A stretch of 32,000 nucleotides of DNA from an uncultured archaeon. GTDB lineage: Archaea > Iainarchaeota > Iainarchaeia > Iainarchaeales > Iainarchaeaceae. Position numbers and translations under genes: made by a program. The stretch spans positions 13,773-45,772 of the forward strand of contig CAZNZM010000005.1 of the NCBI GenBank assembly GCA_964577555.1, written 5' to 3'. Under the pieces are notes generated by a model. That model made no database searches, was not told the DNA's origin, and worked only from the letters and a program-made list of their open reading frames with translations. Positions 1 through 8,189 of this stretch are shown piece by piece (position 1 is the stretch's first letter; each line of letters begins with the position of its first letter).

Positions 1-99
1 GCCAATGTTTTCTTTAGCCCAACCAACTAGCCATATAAAAATAAAAAAGATTACGACAATTCTTATATTGTCGAACAAACTTGCAAGCAATGTTAGCAT
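1..99 (-). CDS. Small membrane protein, partial (continues beyond the left edge); third member of a tandem small-membrane-protein family
   Basis: ATG at 99 on the minus strand, open to base 1: MLTLLASLFDNIRIVVIFFIFIWLVGWAKENIG. Aligns with the N-terminus of the 473..880 product (VFELFNDLNLIVKIFAFLMLVSWVRNHIG). Purine-rich GTGAAGTGAT upstream as a possible SD. Confidence 0.72.
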   Translation of the reverse strand, partial: MLTLLASLFDNIRIVVIFFIFIWLVGWAKENIG

Positions 100-153
100 A
101 AAATCACTTCACTGTTTACTATTTATGATTGATTACTAATAAATTAATATCCT

Positions 154-471
154 CTACCTTCTCATGGTAGTTCCTATTCCCCAAATAATGGTTGACAAAA
201 ATCCAAGTCCAAGCAAGGTTTGAAGTATGTAAAGCGAGAGAAAAAGTTCAAAGTATTTGAAAACCATGAAATAAATAAGCACCGCAGAAACAACTATTAC
301 TAAAGGCCCAGAACCTAGGAAACCTCTTACAGTAGTATATATCATAAAAATCATTATTATTTGCATTAAAATTTTGGCTTCCCAAAAAAGGCTTGTAATT
401 ACTACTGGAATCAAAGCCAGAATTATTAACCCTAAAATTATCAATAAAAGTATGTTGCCCTTTTGATTCAT
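154..471 (-). CDS. Small multi-TM membrane protein, 105 aa (start re-assigned from 642 to 471)
   Basis: The listed 162-aa ORF overlaps the preceding gene. The internal ATG at 471 lies just after that gene's TGA stop (475..473), with GAGGAGATGAT upstream as an SD. Product MNQKGNILLLIILGLIILALIPV... is almost entirely TM helices. Confidence 0.8.
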   Translation of the reverse strand: MNQKGNILLLIILGLIILALIPVVITSLFWEAKILMQIIMIFMIYTTVRGFLGSGPLVIVVSAVLIYFMVFKYFELFLSLYILQTLLGLGFLSTIIWGIGTTMRR

Positions 472-472
472 A

Positions 473-880
473 TCATCTCCTCGTAAACATTCTTTGTGCA
501 TGGCTCCGCGCAGCATGTTCAGCCATTCTTTTTTGTATGTCAACACCGCTCGAAACAGGCGACTCCATGTCTTCTTCCGGTGCTTTTGGGGGCCCTCCGG
601 CGCTAATAAAGAAGAAATCCACGAGTATGCCGCTAACCCCAAACATCAAAAGCATGTATAAAATGTAAATTGGCCCAAAAATCGCCCAACCATCCAAAAA
701 TATGAAAAATGTCAAAGCCGCAATAAGCACCCAAGACATAGTCCCGCTTCCAATGTGGTTTCTTACCCAACTTACCAGCATAAGAAAAGCAAATATTTTG
801 ACTATCAAATTAAGGTCGTTAAACAACTCAAAAACGGAATCAATGAAAAGCATTGTATCAACTAACCCAAACCAATACAT
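473..880 (-). CDS. Small multi-TM membrane protein with charged C-terminal tail, 135 aa (alternative start 853)
   Basis: Intact ORF with about 3 hydrophobic segments, then a hydrophilic tail. ATG at 880 overlaps the stop of the upstream giant ORF (862). GGGGGAAAC precedes the ATG. Confidence 0.8.
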   Translation of the reverse strand: MYWFGLVDTMLFIDSVFELFNDLNLIVKIFAFLMLVSWVRNHIGSGTMSWVLIAALTFFIFLDGWAIFGPIYILYMLLMFGVSGILVDFFFISAGGPPKAPEEDMESPVSSGVDIQKRMAEHAARSHAQRMFTRR

Positions 881-3800
881 GTTTCCCCCGCCTTTAATGA
901 ATTTGAAACTTCCGAAATATTTAATTTTGCTCCTTTTGAATCATAAACTGTTTTAGGATTCCAAAAAATTTCAGCCTTCCTGCCGGAATCGGAAATACAA
1001 GCATTGCCAGACTCTACCAATTTGAATACATCCAAAACAGTTGTTATTGCCCCCGTGCTTCCGCCAGAAGGATCATTATATTTTACCCCGGTTATTCCAG
1101 AAAGCCTTGCTTTTTCGCTTATTTCTTCAGGAGTCATTAAAATCGCTTTTCCTTTTGGATGCTCTAATTTAAGAGAATAAATTTCCAATGGATTAGTAAA
1201 GAATATTGTTCTTATATAAGAATCGCCTTTATAAACGATTGGCCCAAAGTCAACGCCGTAAGCACTCTCCCAATCATTAAGAGGGTCTTTTGTTGTGGCA
1301 GCCCTGTCCGAACGCGAATCAAAAGACTCTGTTATTAATGTTCCAGAAAAGTCAAGGCACGCTCCTACGCCATTCCAAAAAGTCAATGTTTCACCAACAT
1401 CGACAGGCACTTCATTGTTGGCAACAGTATAAAAAACAGACAAAGGCTCTTCAGAAATTGAATTTGCCGAAACCTTTATCATCACCGGCGTGGCTTTGGA
1501 AGGCGAAAAAACCAAGTTTGCTTCAGAAGGCGAAATTTTTTCCAAAATAAACAAATTGCCTCTTGTTGAAGGAGAAGAGTTTAATTTGTAAAAAGATTTT
1601 TCAAGTTTTGTGGCGGCAATTGAATTGGCATTGCTTCCATTGTCATTATAAGTTTTCATTGGTTGGCTGGAATTGTCAAACAATATTTGCCCTTCTTCGT
1701 TGAAAAAGCTTACCCCATAACCTTGCCTGTTGAAAGAATCATTTTCAAGTCCTACAAGGCCATCCAATGGCAAATAATAAAATGCAGAATTTGGTCTTGG
1801 TTCATGCAAAAGATAAAACTCTATTTCTATTTTCACATTAGGAGAACCATCCGCGTTAAAAAACCTGAAACTCTTGTCAATTCCTGAAATATTTATCAAC
1901 ACGTCATAAATTCCCGGGCTTGGCAATTCATGTGAATCAAAAAACCTGTTTCTGAAAGAAATATTGTGATTTATAAAAATATTCGCAATTCCATAAGGTT
2001 TGCCATCAGGAGAAGTGGCTTCCTTGTAAAACCACTCCGCAGTATCAAAAAACCTGCCGTTAGAATAATGTTCCGCAAAGTCGTTTATGAAATCCTCGCT
2101 AAAAGAATCCCTTATAAGCATTGCATTGAAATGAATAGTATTCATAAAAGATTCTTTGTTGGGAATCTCCTGTGTCCAAGAAATTGCGTTTTCATTTGCT
2201 TCTATTAAATGTTTGATTGCAGGCTCTCCTTCAATAAATCCTGTCCAATTCTCCAAATAGCAATTTTCTGTTTGTGAATTTCTGTCAACATTAAGGTCTC
2301 TCGCCAGTGTTTCAAATTCCTTGTTTAAAGGATTTGCAGGGCATTTGAGGTTTTGGTTTTGGTTGAAAAAATCTTTTAACGCCTTGAGCCTTTTTGAAAT
2401 CATAATACTAAATTGTGTTGCGTCACAATAAATGCCGTTCGGATTTTGTTCAAGACACGTGTCCTTATCAATATTTGTAAAACTCCAATCAAATCTAACT
2501 TTTGGCAAAGAGGCTTTTCCAGTTCTTCCGAATTTTACCCCGTTTTCGCATGAAAGAGTATCAAACGAAAGCTGTGGAATTGTTTCCTCTTCTTCCATTG
2601 TCTTGAACTTCAAATGAATTTTGGATTCCACATTGACTTTTTCTCTGTCGGGCACCTTAAAAGGCCCGAAATTGCTGTTTCCCCTTTCAATTTTTGTAGG
2701 CAAAGCATGTAAATGTTTGGTTGCATTGAAAGTGAAAGTAGCATAAGAAGGTTTTTGATTGGCAACGCCGTTGTTAATGAAAACCAAACCGACTTTTTGC
2801 TTATTATATTGTCCTATTATTTTTGCAGAATCCATGTTGTAATACGCAACCAAATCTTTGTTGTCAGAAACTATTGGCCCTGCATCAGAAACTAGGTTTA
2901 TAACATAATCAGGCAAACTTGAAGTATGCCTTTGGGTGCAAGGATCGTTTCCAAAAATTTTTCCATATATCCCTCCAATAAAAAAACCACCAAGAGAATA
3001 CATTGCCATGATGTTAGTTGGCGTAAAAAAACTCTTGGCTGTCGCGCTTGCAACCACGTTTCCTAAAGAATTGTTTGCAGACTGCACAATAGCATTCGTT
3101 GAAGCAAAACTTAATTTAAGAACCCCTGTTTTTGCAACAGATTCGCCAAATTGATTGGCAACAAAAGACTGCAAGGAAGAAGAACTTTCACCAACCAAAG
3201 AAACAGCTTCAGCTATCGCTGCTTTGCATTGACAAACTTCCGGATCGGCTTGGCACATACTAATAGCAATAGTTGCGGCGCTTCCCAAAGAAGTTGCACC
3301 AGCATTCAAATAAACCGATGCTTGTTGAATATAAGCCAATACTTCACTGTTAAGGTATTCTTTTTGAGCAAGTAATTCCGAAGCATCCAATTGTGTAAAT
3401 CTGCCGTTTATGAATTGCCCACCATTCATTGCCACATCCTGCAATTTTGAGTCATTCTCAATAATTTTACTCATAATATTTTTCGCATTTTCACACGCAG
3501 TTTTAGCAGATTGAACAGAAGCAATAGCCGAAGTTATATTAGCATTTGCAGGAGTTATACTGCATGGACCATAAGCACTTTGTGTGCTGGAAAGTGCAGA
3601 ATCAATTTTTGAACAAACAGCATCAATATTGTTATTGGATAAATTATCAGCAGCAACCGATGCTTGTTGTGCTGATTTTGTTGCATCCATTGATTGTCCA
3701 ATTCCTGAAGCAACCCCTTTTGCAGCAGCATTTGAAGCCATTAATGCAGGCCTTATTCCCATTAACGCGCCATATATTGCTCCAACACCAGCACCAGTCC

Positions 3801-6800
3801 AATCCCACCATCCTTTTTCAGTTGCGTCGCCCCAATCGCAAATGCTTGCATCCACAGTAATATTTTCGCTCAAAAACTTGTTAGTTAATTCAGTAGAATC
3901 CTTTGAACCGTTTCCAATAAGAGTGAAAGAATATTTGTTAAGCTCGAAAGCATCATTCATAGTGGGTTTTGCAATAACATCAAAAGTCAAAAGCTCTCTA
4001 TAATTAGTATTTTTAGTTTTAATAAAAACCTTGACCCCATAAATGCCAGGTATTTCCTGCCGTGATACCCTTACCGTTTTGGAACTATTCACAGGCTTCA
4101 AAGTGAATTTTTCCGGTTCAACAAGTATTCCGCCTTCAGATCCGCCAGAACAACCAGCATCATCTTTGCACATCCAAAAATCAATCTCCATATTTCCACA
4201 AGCCGAAGAATCAATCGTAATACCCGCTTCGTTTGAATTTTCAGGAATAACCAAAGGAGTTTCTGCTTGTGGCGTGAATTTGATGCAATCCCTCAAGTTA
4301 AGCGTGTCGATTTCAACTTTTATTTGATTGCTTGAACCAACACTTTCCTCGCCATAATCAGTAAATTGCGAAGCATCAATTGTTATGCTGAATTCCGCCT
4401 TTTTTCCCAAAGAATTGCCTTTTGGCGTAAAAATTATTTCAGCAATATATTCCCTTCCACCAGGGACCCTTTCAAAAAGCGTGCTAAAAATTCCATCCGC
4501 CAAAATATCTTTTCCTATTTGCCCTGTTATTGAATCAATTGCCTGAACTTCTACAAAGCCAAACTTGTTGCTTTTCCAATCAACCTTTGCCTTTAAATTT
4601 TTCAAATCGATAGGCTTGTTTTTTTTGTCAATACAATTGTTTTTAATATAGAATTCGGTTTTGGCTACGCCTGAAATTGTTGCATCTTTCCATTCCTTTA
4701 TTGAAACCTCAATACAATTTTGATTTGCCGGAGGCTCAGCCAAAGAAATTGCAGTAGAAAAAGGAATTTCAAAAGGCCAAGTATTTTTATTTTTGTCTGT
4801 AAATTCAAGATAGAGTCTTCCTGAAATGTTTTTCTTTTCTTTTATATATTTTCCGTCTTCGCTTATTGCTGCTATGAAATTCATTTCTTTTGACTCGTTG
4901 AATCCTACTTTTATACCGGAATTCATAGATGCATAATTTGTCATTTTTTGTTCATCCAGCAACCCTAAAAATTTTCCATAAAATCCTGCTTTTGAAAGTT
5001 CAAGTTCCAAAGGAGTCAAATTGGCAATTGAAACAGATTTTTTTTCCTCTCTTTTTGATGAAATATTCAAATTATAATTCAATTTTTCAGGAGAAAATTT
5101 CAATATTTCTTTAGTAACTTTTAATTGATATGATTTTCCTGAATAGCCTGGTTTTTCAACAACTACTTTGAATCTTGTGTTTGGCTCCAAAGCAGGGATT
5201 TTTATAAGTGCTTTTCCTTCCAAATCGGTAGTGCCGATAATCGTTGTTTTTTTTCTGTCAGGATGCACCAATTCAACTCTTACATTTGCGCCATCAACTC
5301 CAAAATAATCTTCTTCTTTATACTCTTTGGCTTCAACTTTTAGTTCAAATTCCGTAAAAGCAGGAATTATTTCAGGAACAATCGCAATATTCATGTCATT
5401 GCTTGCCACTATTTTAAAATCAATTTTTTTTTCAAACACTATATTTTTTTCAGAATGAATAATTATTGATAATCCAGATTCTGATAAATTAACCGGTTTT
5501 ATTTTCAACCTTCCTGTTATTGATTTGTTTTTATTTAATTTTCCTAAAATTATTCCTTCAATTTTGAAAGTTTCCCTGTTTGAACCGAATTTTTCCGAAT
5601 CCGCACTGAAAATGCTGTAATCAAGTATTTTTATATTTTCTTGGTTGGAATTTGAAATAATTAGTTTTGCATTGTCATATGTTGCTTCTTTGTTGTTCAA
5701 AATGGAAAATTCAATTTCATATTCCCCGAAATTTCTTAATGAATAAGGCTTTTCAAGGTATAATTCTTCCTTTAAATCAAGCACTTTTTCATTGAAACAA
5801 AAAAATTCGCCGCAGTCTGTTGAAGAATTATAAACATATGTTTTTGCATATAACCATTTTTTTGTTGCAGAATTTTCCGCAAAACCAAGTTCAGAGTCTT
5901 GCGGATCCCTGTATATTTCCCCATTGCTTTTTACTGCAAACGCCCTGTAATTAAAAAATAACTTGCTTTGTGCGTTTGCAAAATTTTTCAATTTGAATTT
6001 AACTCCGAAATTAATTATTTTTCCAGCGTTGTTTGATTTTTCCCAAGCGATTTGCACCCATTTTGCATTGCCGTTGGTTAGGTTGCTTAAATCTTCTTCC
6101 AAATTTCTTGGCGGATTATAAGTTGAACCCATCAAATAAGTTGCTTTTGGCGCATCAACTTCATATATATACATTGTATCTTTTTCAACATTATTCTCAT
6201 TTCCGACGTTAATAAAAGCCCCTGCCTGTTCATATTCAAAATCTTTCGGAATAACCAACAAAAACTTTGCTTCATATGATTTGCCAGGCTCCAATACCTC
6301 GGCTTTTTTTCCATCAGAACTTATTTCTACCAAACTTATTTTGATGTTTCCTGAAATAGATTCTTTTTCAAGTTTTGCCATGATTTTTGCCGCTTTTTCA
6401 GGCAATATTATTGAGGACGTGGAGTGGTATTCTGCATACCCTTCGGCTGTTACAACCACTGAAACCTTTTCTCCTGCCCTGATTTTTGCGCTTCCTTTTC
6501 CGCTGCTGTCCAAAACTATTTTTCCTATTCTTTTTTCATAATCAAAAATTTCTGCGTTGGCAAAAGGAACCGCTTTTCCATCCTCGTCCAAAGTTTCTAT
6601 TTCAATTGTGCCATATCCTATTTTCAATTGCAGAATAATTTCTTTGGTGGCGCCTTCGTTTATTTCAAATGCTTCAGAAAGCCCGTTTGCAGGATATTTT
6701 TGTGCAATAACTCTGTATTTTCCGTTTTTAATACCGGTAAATTTTGCAATTCCATTGTTATTGGTTGTTTTTGGCTGGTATTCATTCAAAGCAAAATTCG

Positions 6801-8040
6801 TGTCAGGTTCTATGATTATTACCTTAGCATTTCCGACAGGCTTATTTTCTTCATCAATTATTTTGACATCAAGTGAATTGCAAGTGTTTGGAGTGCATGG
6901 CAAAAGTTCTACATCTATTACGCTTTTTTGGATGTTTGACGAATCAACTTCAATAATGCCAGATGGCAAATACCCATTTGACGAGACAACTATTTTTGTT
7001 TTTCCTTGCCTCGTTATTTGTATCTCAATTTCTCCTTTGCCTTCAATTGAATACTTGCTTGAATCCGGCAATTCTATATTTGCTTTTGCCTGCAATTTTG
7101 CCTTGCTTCTTTTGTCAACTATGTTGAGTTTTACAGAACCAAATTTTTGTTCTTCCAAAGTTGCTTCAAAATCAGTTGTTTCTTTTGAAATTATCTTTGC
7201 GTTTCCGCTGAAAGTGCTTAAGTTTTTATTATTCGGAACTATGACTATTTTGTAATCACCAGGTTCAAGCGAAAATTCAGCTTTGCCAAAACCTGATATT
7301 TTTTTGTCAACAAGCGACCCAAATTCATCATTTACAAATACTTCCGCGCCGTCAACATTATTGCCAAATTTGTCTTTTACTGAAACTTTGAGAAACCCTT
7401 CTTCAATTATGCGCGGCGCTAATTTTATTATATTGCTTTCTTCAAGGTTGTATGATTTAACTTCAAAACCGCTTCCAATGACTTTTGCGGACATCGCACC
7501 GCAACCTGGCGGAACCTCCACATCAAGTTTGCCGCTGCTTACCTGCTTTATTGGGTTTGTTATTTTGATTGCTGTTGAACAACTTAATTCTATTGTAAGC
7601 ATTTTTCCTTCTATTTTTGCCCCGTCAGGTCCTACAAAAATCAAGCTTTTGACAATTTGTTTTTCTCCATCCGAAGGTTCAAGTGTTGCTTTGATTATCT
7701 CTTTTTCATTTTCAATTTTTATGGTTTTTGAAAATTCTTTGAAGCCTGTTGCGGAAATTTTTATAGTTATTTCTTTTCCTTTAGGAATTTTTTCAAAAGT
7801 TGCATTTCCGCTTCTGTCAGTCATTTTGGCTGGCAAATTTCCTGCACCAATTAGTTGGACTTTTGCCTTCCAAACAGGGCTTTCCCTGCTGGTTACGTTT
7901 ATATTGACATCAGAGTATTTTTCACCTGAAAAAAAAACAAAATACCCTATGCCTAATACTGATGCCAAGGCTATGGCTAATAATATTACTGCCACAAACT
8001 TATTCGCTTCTATTAATTCCCTGATTGAATCAAATTCCAT
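862..8040 (-). CDS. Giant membrane-anchored extracellular repeat protein, 2392 aa (paralog D)
   Basis: Single uninterrupted ORF. N-terminal TM helix (FVAVILLAIALASVLGIGYFVFF), multiple carboxypeptidase-regulatory-like beta repeats (e.g. LDVKIIDEENKPVGNAKVIII...NNNGIAKFTGIKNGKYRVIAQKYPANG), C-x3-F-C region, internal hydrophobic blocks, C-terminal domain shared with 8190..15218 and 15450..22556. Confidence 0.95.
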   Translation of the reverse strand: MEFDSIRELIEANKFVAVILLAIALASVLGIGYFVFFSGEKYSDVNINVTSRESPVWKAKVQLIGAGNLPAKMTDRSGNATFEKIPKGKEITIKISATGFKEFSKTIKIENEKEIIKATLEPSDGEKQIVKSLIFVGPDGAKIEGKMLTIELSCSTAIKITNPIKQVSSGKLDVEVPPGCGAMSAKVIGSGFEVKSYNLEESNIIKLAPRIIEEGFLKVSVKDKFGNNVDGAEVFVNDEFGSLVDKKISGFGKAEFSLEPGDYKIVIVPNNKNLSTFSGNAKIISKETTDFEATLEEQKFGSVKLNIVDKRSKAKLQAKANIELPDSSKYSIEGKGEIEIQITRQGKTKIVVSSNGYLPSGIIEVDSSNIQKSVIDVELLPCTPNTCNSLDVKIIDEENKPVGNAKVIIIEPDTNFALNEYQPKTTNNNGIAKFTGIKNGKYRVIAQKYPANGLSEAFEINEGATKEIILQLKIGYGTIEIETLDEDGKAVPFANAEIFDYEKRIGKIVLDSSGKGSAKIRAGEKVSVVVTAEGYAEYHSTSSIILPEKAAKIMAKLEKESISGNIKISLVEISSDGKKAEVLEPGKSYEAKFLLVIPKDFEYEQAGAFINVGNENNVEKDTMYIYEVDAPKATYLMGSTYNPPRNLEEDLSNLTNGNAKWVQIAWEKSNNAGKIINFGVKFKLKNFANAQSKLFFNYRAFAVKSNGEIYRDPQDSELGFAENSATKKWLYAKTYVYNSSTDCGEFFCFNEKVLDLKEELYLEKPYSLRNFGEYEIEFSILNNKEATYDNAKLIISNSNQENIKILDYSIFSADSEKFGSNRETFKIEGIILGKLNKNKSITGRLKIKPVNLSESGLSIIIHSEKNIVFEKKIDFKIVASNDMNIAIVPEIIPAFTEFELKVEAKEYKEEDYFGVDGANVRVELVHPDRKKTTIIGTTDLEGKALIKIPALEPNTRFKVVVEKPGYSGKSYQLKVTKEILKFSPEKLNYNLNISSKREEKKSVSIANLTPLELELSKAGFYGKFLGLLDEQKMTNYASMNSGIKVGFNESKEMNFIAAISEDGKYIKEKKNISGRLYLEFTDKNKNTWPFEIPFSTAISLAEPPANQNCIEVSIKEWKDATISGVAKTEFYIKNNCIDKKNKPIDLKNLKAKVDWKSNKFGFVEVQAIDSITGQIGKDILADGIFSTLFERVPGGREYIAEIIFTPKGNSLGKKAEFSITIDASQFTDYGEESVGSSNQIKVEIDTLNLRDCIKFTPQAETPLVIPENSNEAGITIDSSACGNMEIDFWMCKDDAGCSGGSEGGILVEPEKFTLKPVNSSKTVRVSRQEIPGIYGVKVFIKTKNTNYRELLTFDVIAKPTMNDAFELNKYSFTLIGNGSKDSTELTNKFLSENITVDASICDWGDATEKGWWDWTGAGVGAIYGALMGIRPALMASNAAAKGVASGIGQSMDATKSAQQASVAADNLSNNNIDAVCSKIDSALSSTQSAYGPCSITPANANITSAIASVQSAKTACENAKNIMSKIIENDSKLQDVAMNGGQFINGRFTQLDASELLAQKEYLNSEVLAYIQQASVYLNAGATSLGSAATIAISMCQADPEVCQCKAAIAEAVSLVGESSSSLQSFVANQFGESVAKTGVLKLSFASTNAIVQSANNSLGNVVASATAKSFFTPTNIMAMYSLGGFFIGGIYGKIFGNDPCTQRHTSSLPDYVINLVSDAGPIVSDNKDLVAYYNMDSAKIIGQYNKQKVGLVFINNGVANQKPSYATFTFNATKHLHALPTKIERGNSNFGPFKVPDREKVNVESKIHLKFKTMEEEETIPQLSFDTLSCENGVKFGRTGKASLPKVRFDWSFTNIDKDTCLEQNPNGIYCDATQFSIMISKRLKALKDFFNQNQNLKCPANPLNKEFETLARDLNVDRNSQTENCYLENWTGFIEGEPAIKHLIEANENAISWTQEIPNKESFMNTIHFNAMLIRDSFSEDFINDFAEHYSNGRFFDTAEWFYKEATSPDGKPYGIANIFINHNISFRNRFFDSHELPSPGIYDVLINISGIDKSFRFFNADGSPNVKIEIEFYLLHEPRPNSAFYYLPLDGLVGLENDSFNRQGYGVSFFNEEGQILFDNSSQPMKTYNDNGSNANSIAATKLEKSFYKLNSSPSTRGNLFILEKISPSEANLVFSPSKATPVMIKVSANSISEEPLSVFYTVANNEVPVDVGETLTFWNGVGACLDFSGTLITESFDSRSDRAATTKDPLNDWESAYGVDFGPIVYKGDSYIRTIFFTNPLEIYSLKLEHPKGKAILMTPEEISEKARLSGITGVKYNDPSGGSTGAITTVLDVFKLVESGNACISDSGRKAEIFWNPKTVYDSKGAKLNISEVSNSLKAGETCIGLG

Positions 8041-8113
8041 GGTTTCGTCTAAAAAGTAGTTTTAAGCAGTTAATAAAGTTTTTCAGCAAAATTATTTTTT
8101 CCAAAAAATTTGT

Positions 8114-8127
8114 GTTTTTATAAACAA
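8114..8127 (-). promoter_or_regulatory. Candidate TATA box for the 2392-aa giant ORF
   Basis: Minus-strand TTGTTTATAAAAAC in the 149-bp gap upstream of ATG 8040. Confidence 0.3.
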
Positions 8128-8189
8128 TTTCTGTAGAGCACAGCAAAACCAAAAGGTTGTTGAAATGATTATATTTGTTCCGTTTTGGG

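Noticed and set aside
6557-8059. Long + strand ORFs 232 aa (6557..7255) and 258 aa (7283..8059)
   Set aside because: Fully or almost fully antisense to the 2392-aa giant ORF, which shows clear domain homology to its paralogs. The + products are Ser/Phe/Leu-rich antisense translations with no recognisable domain.
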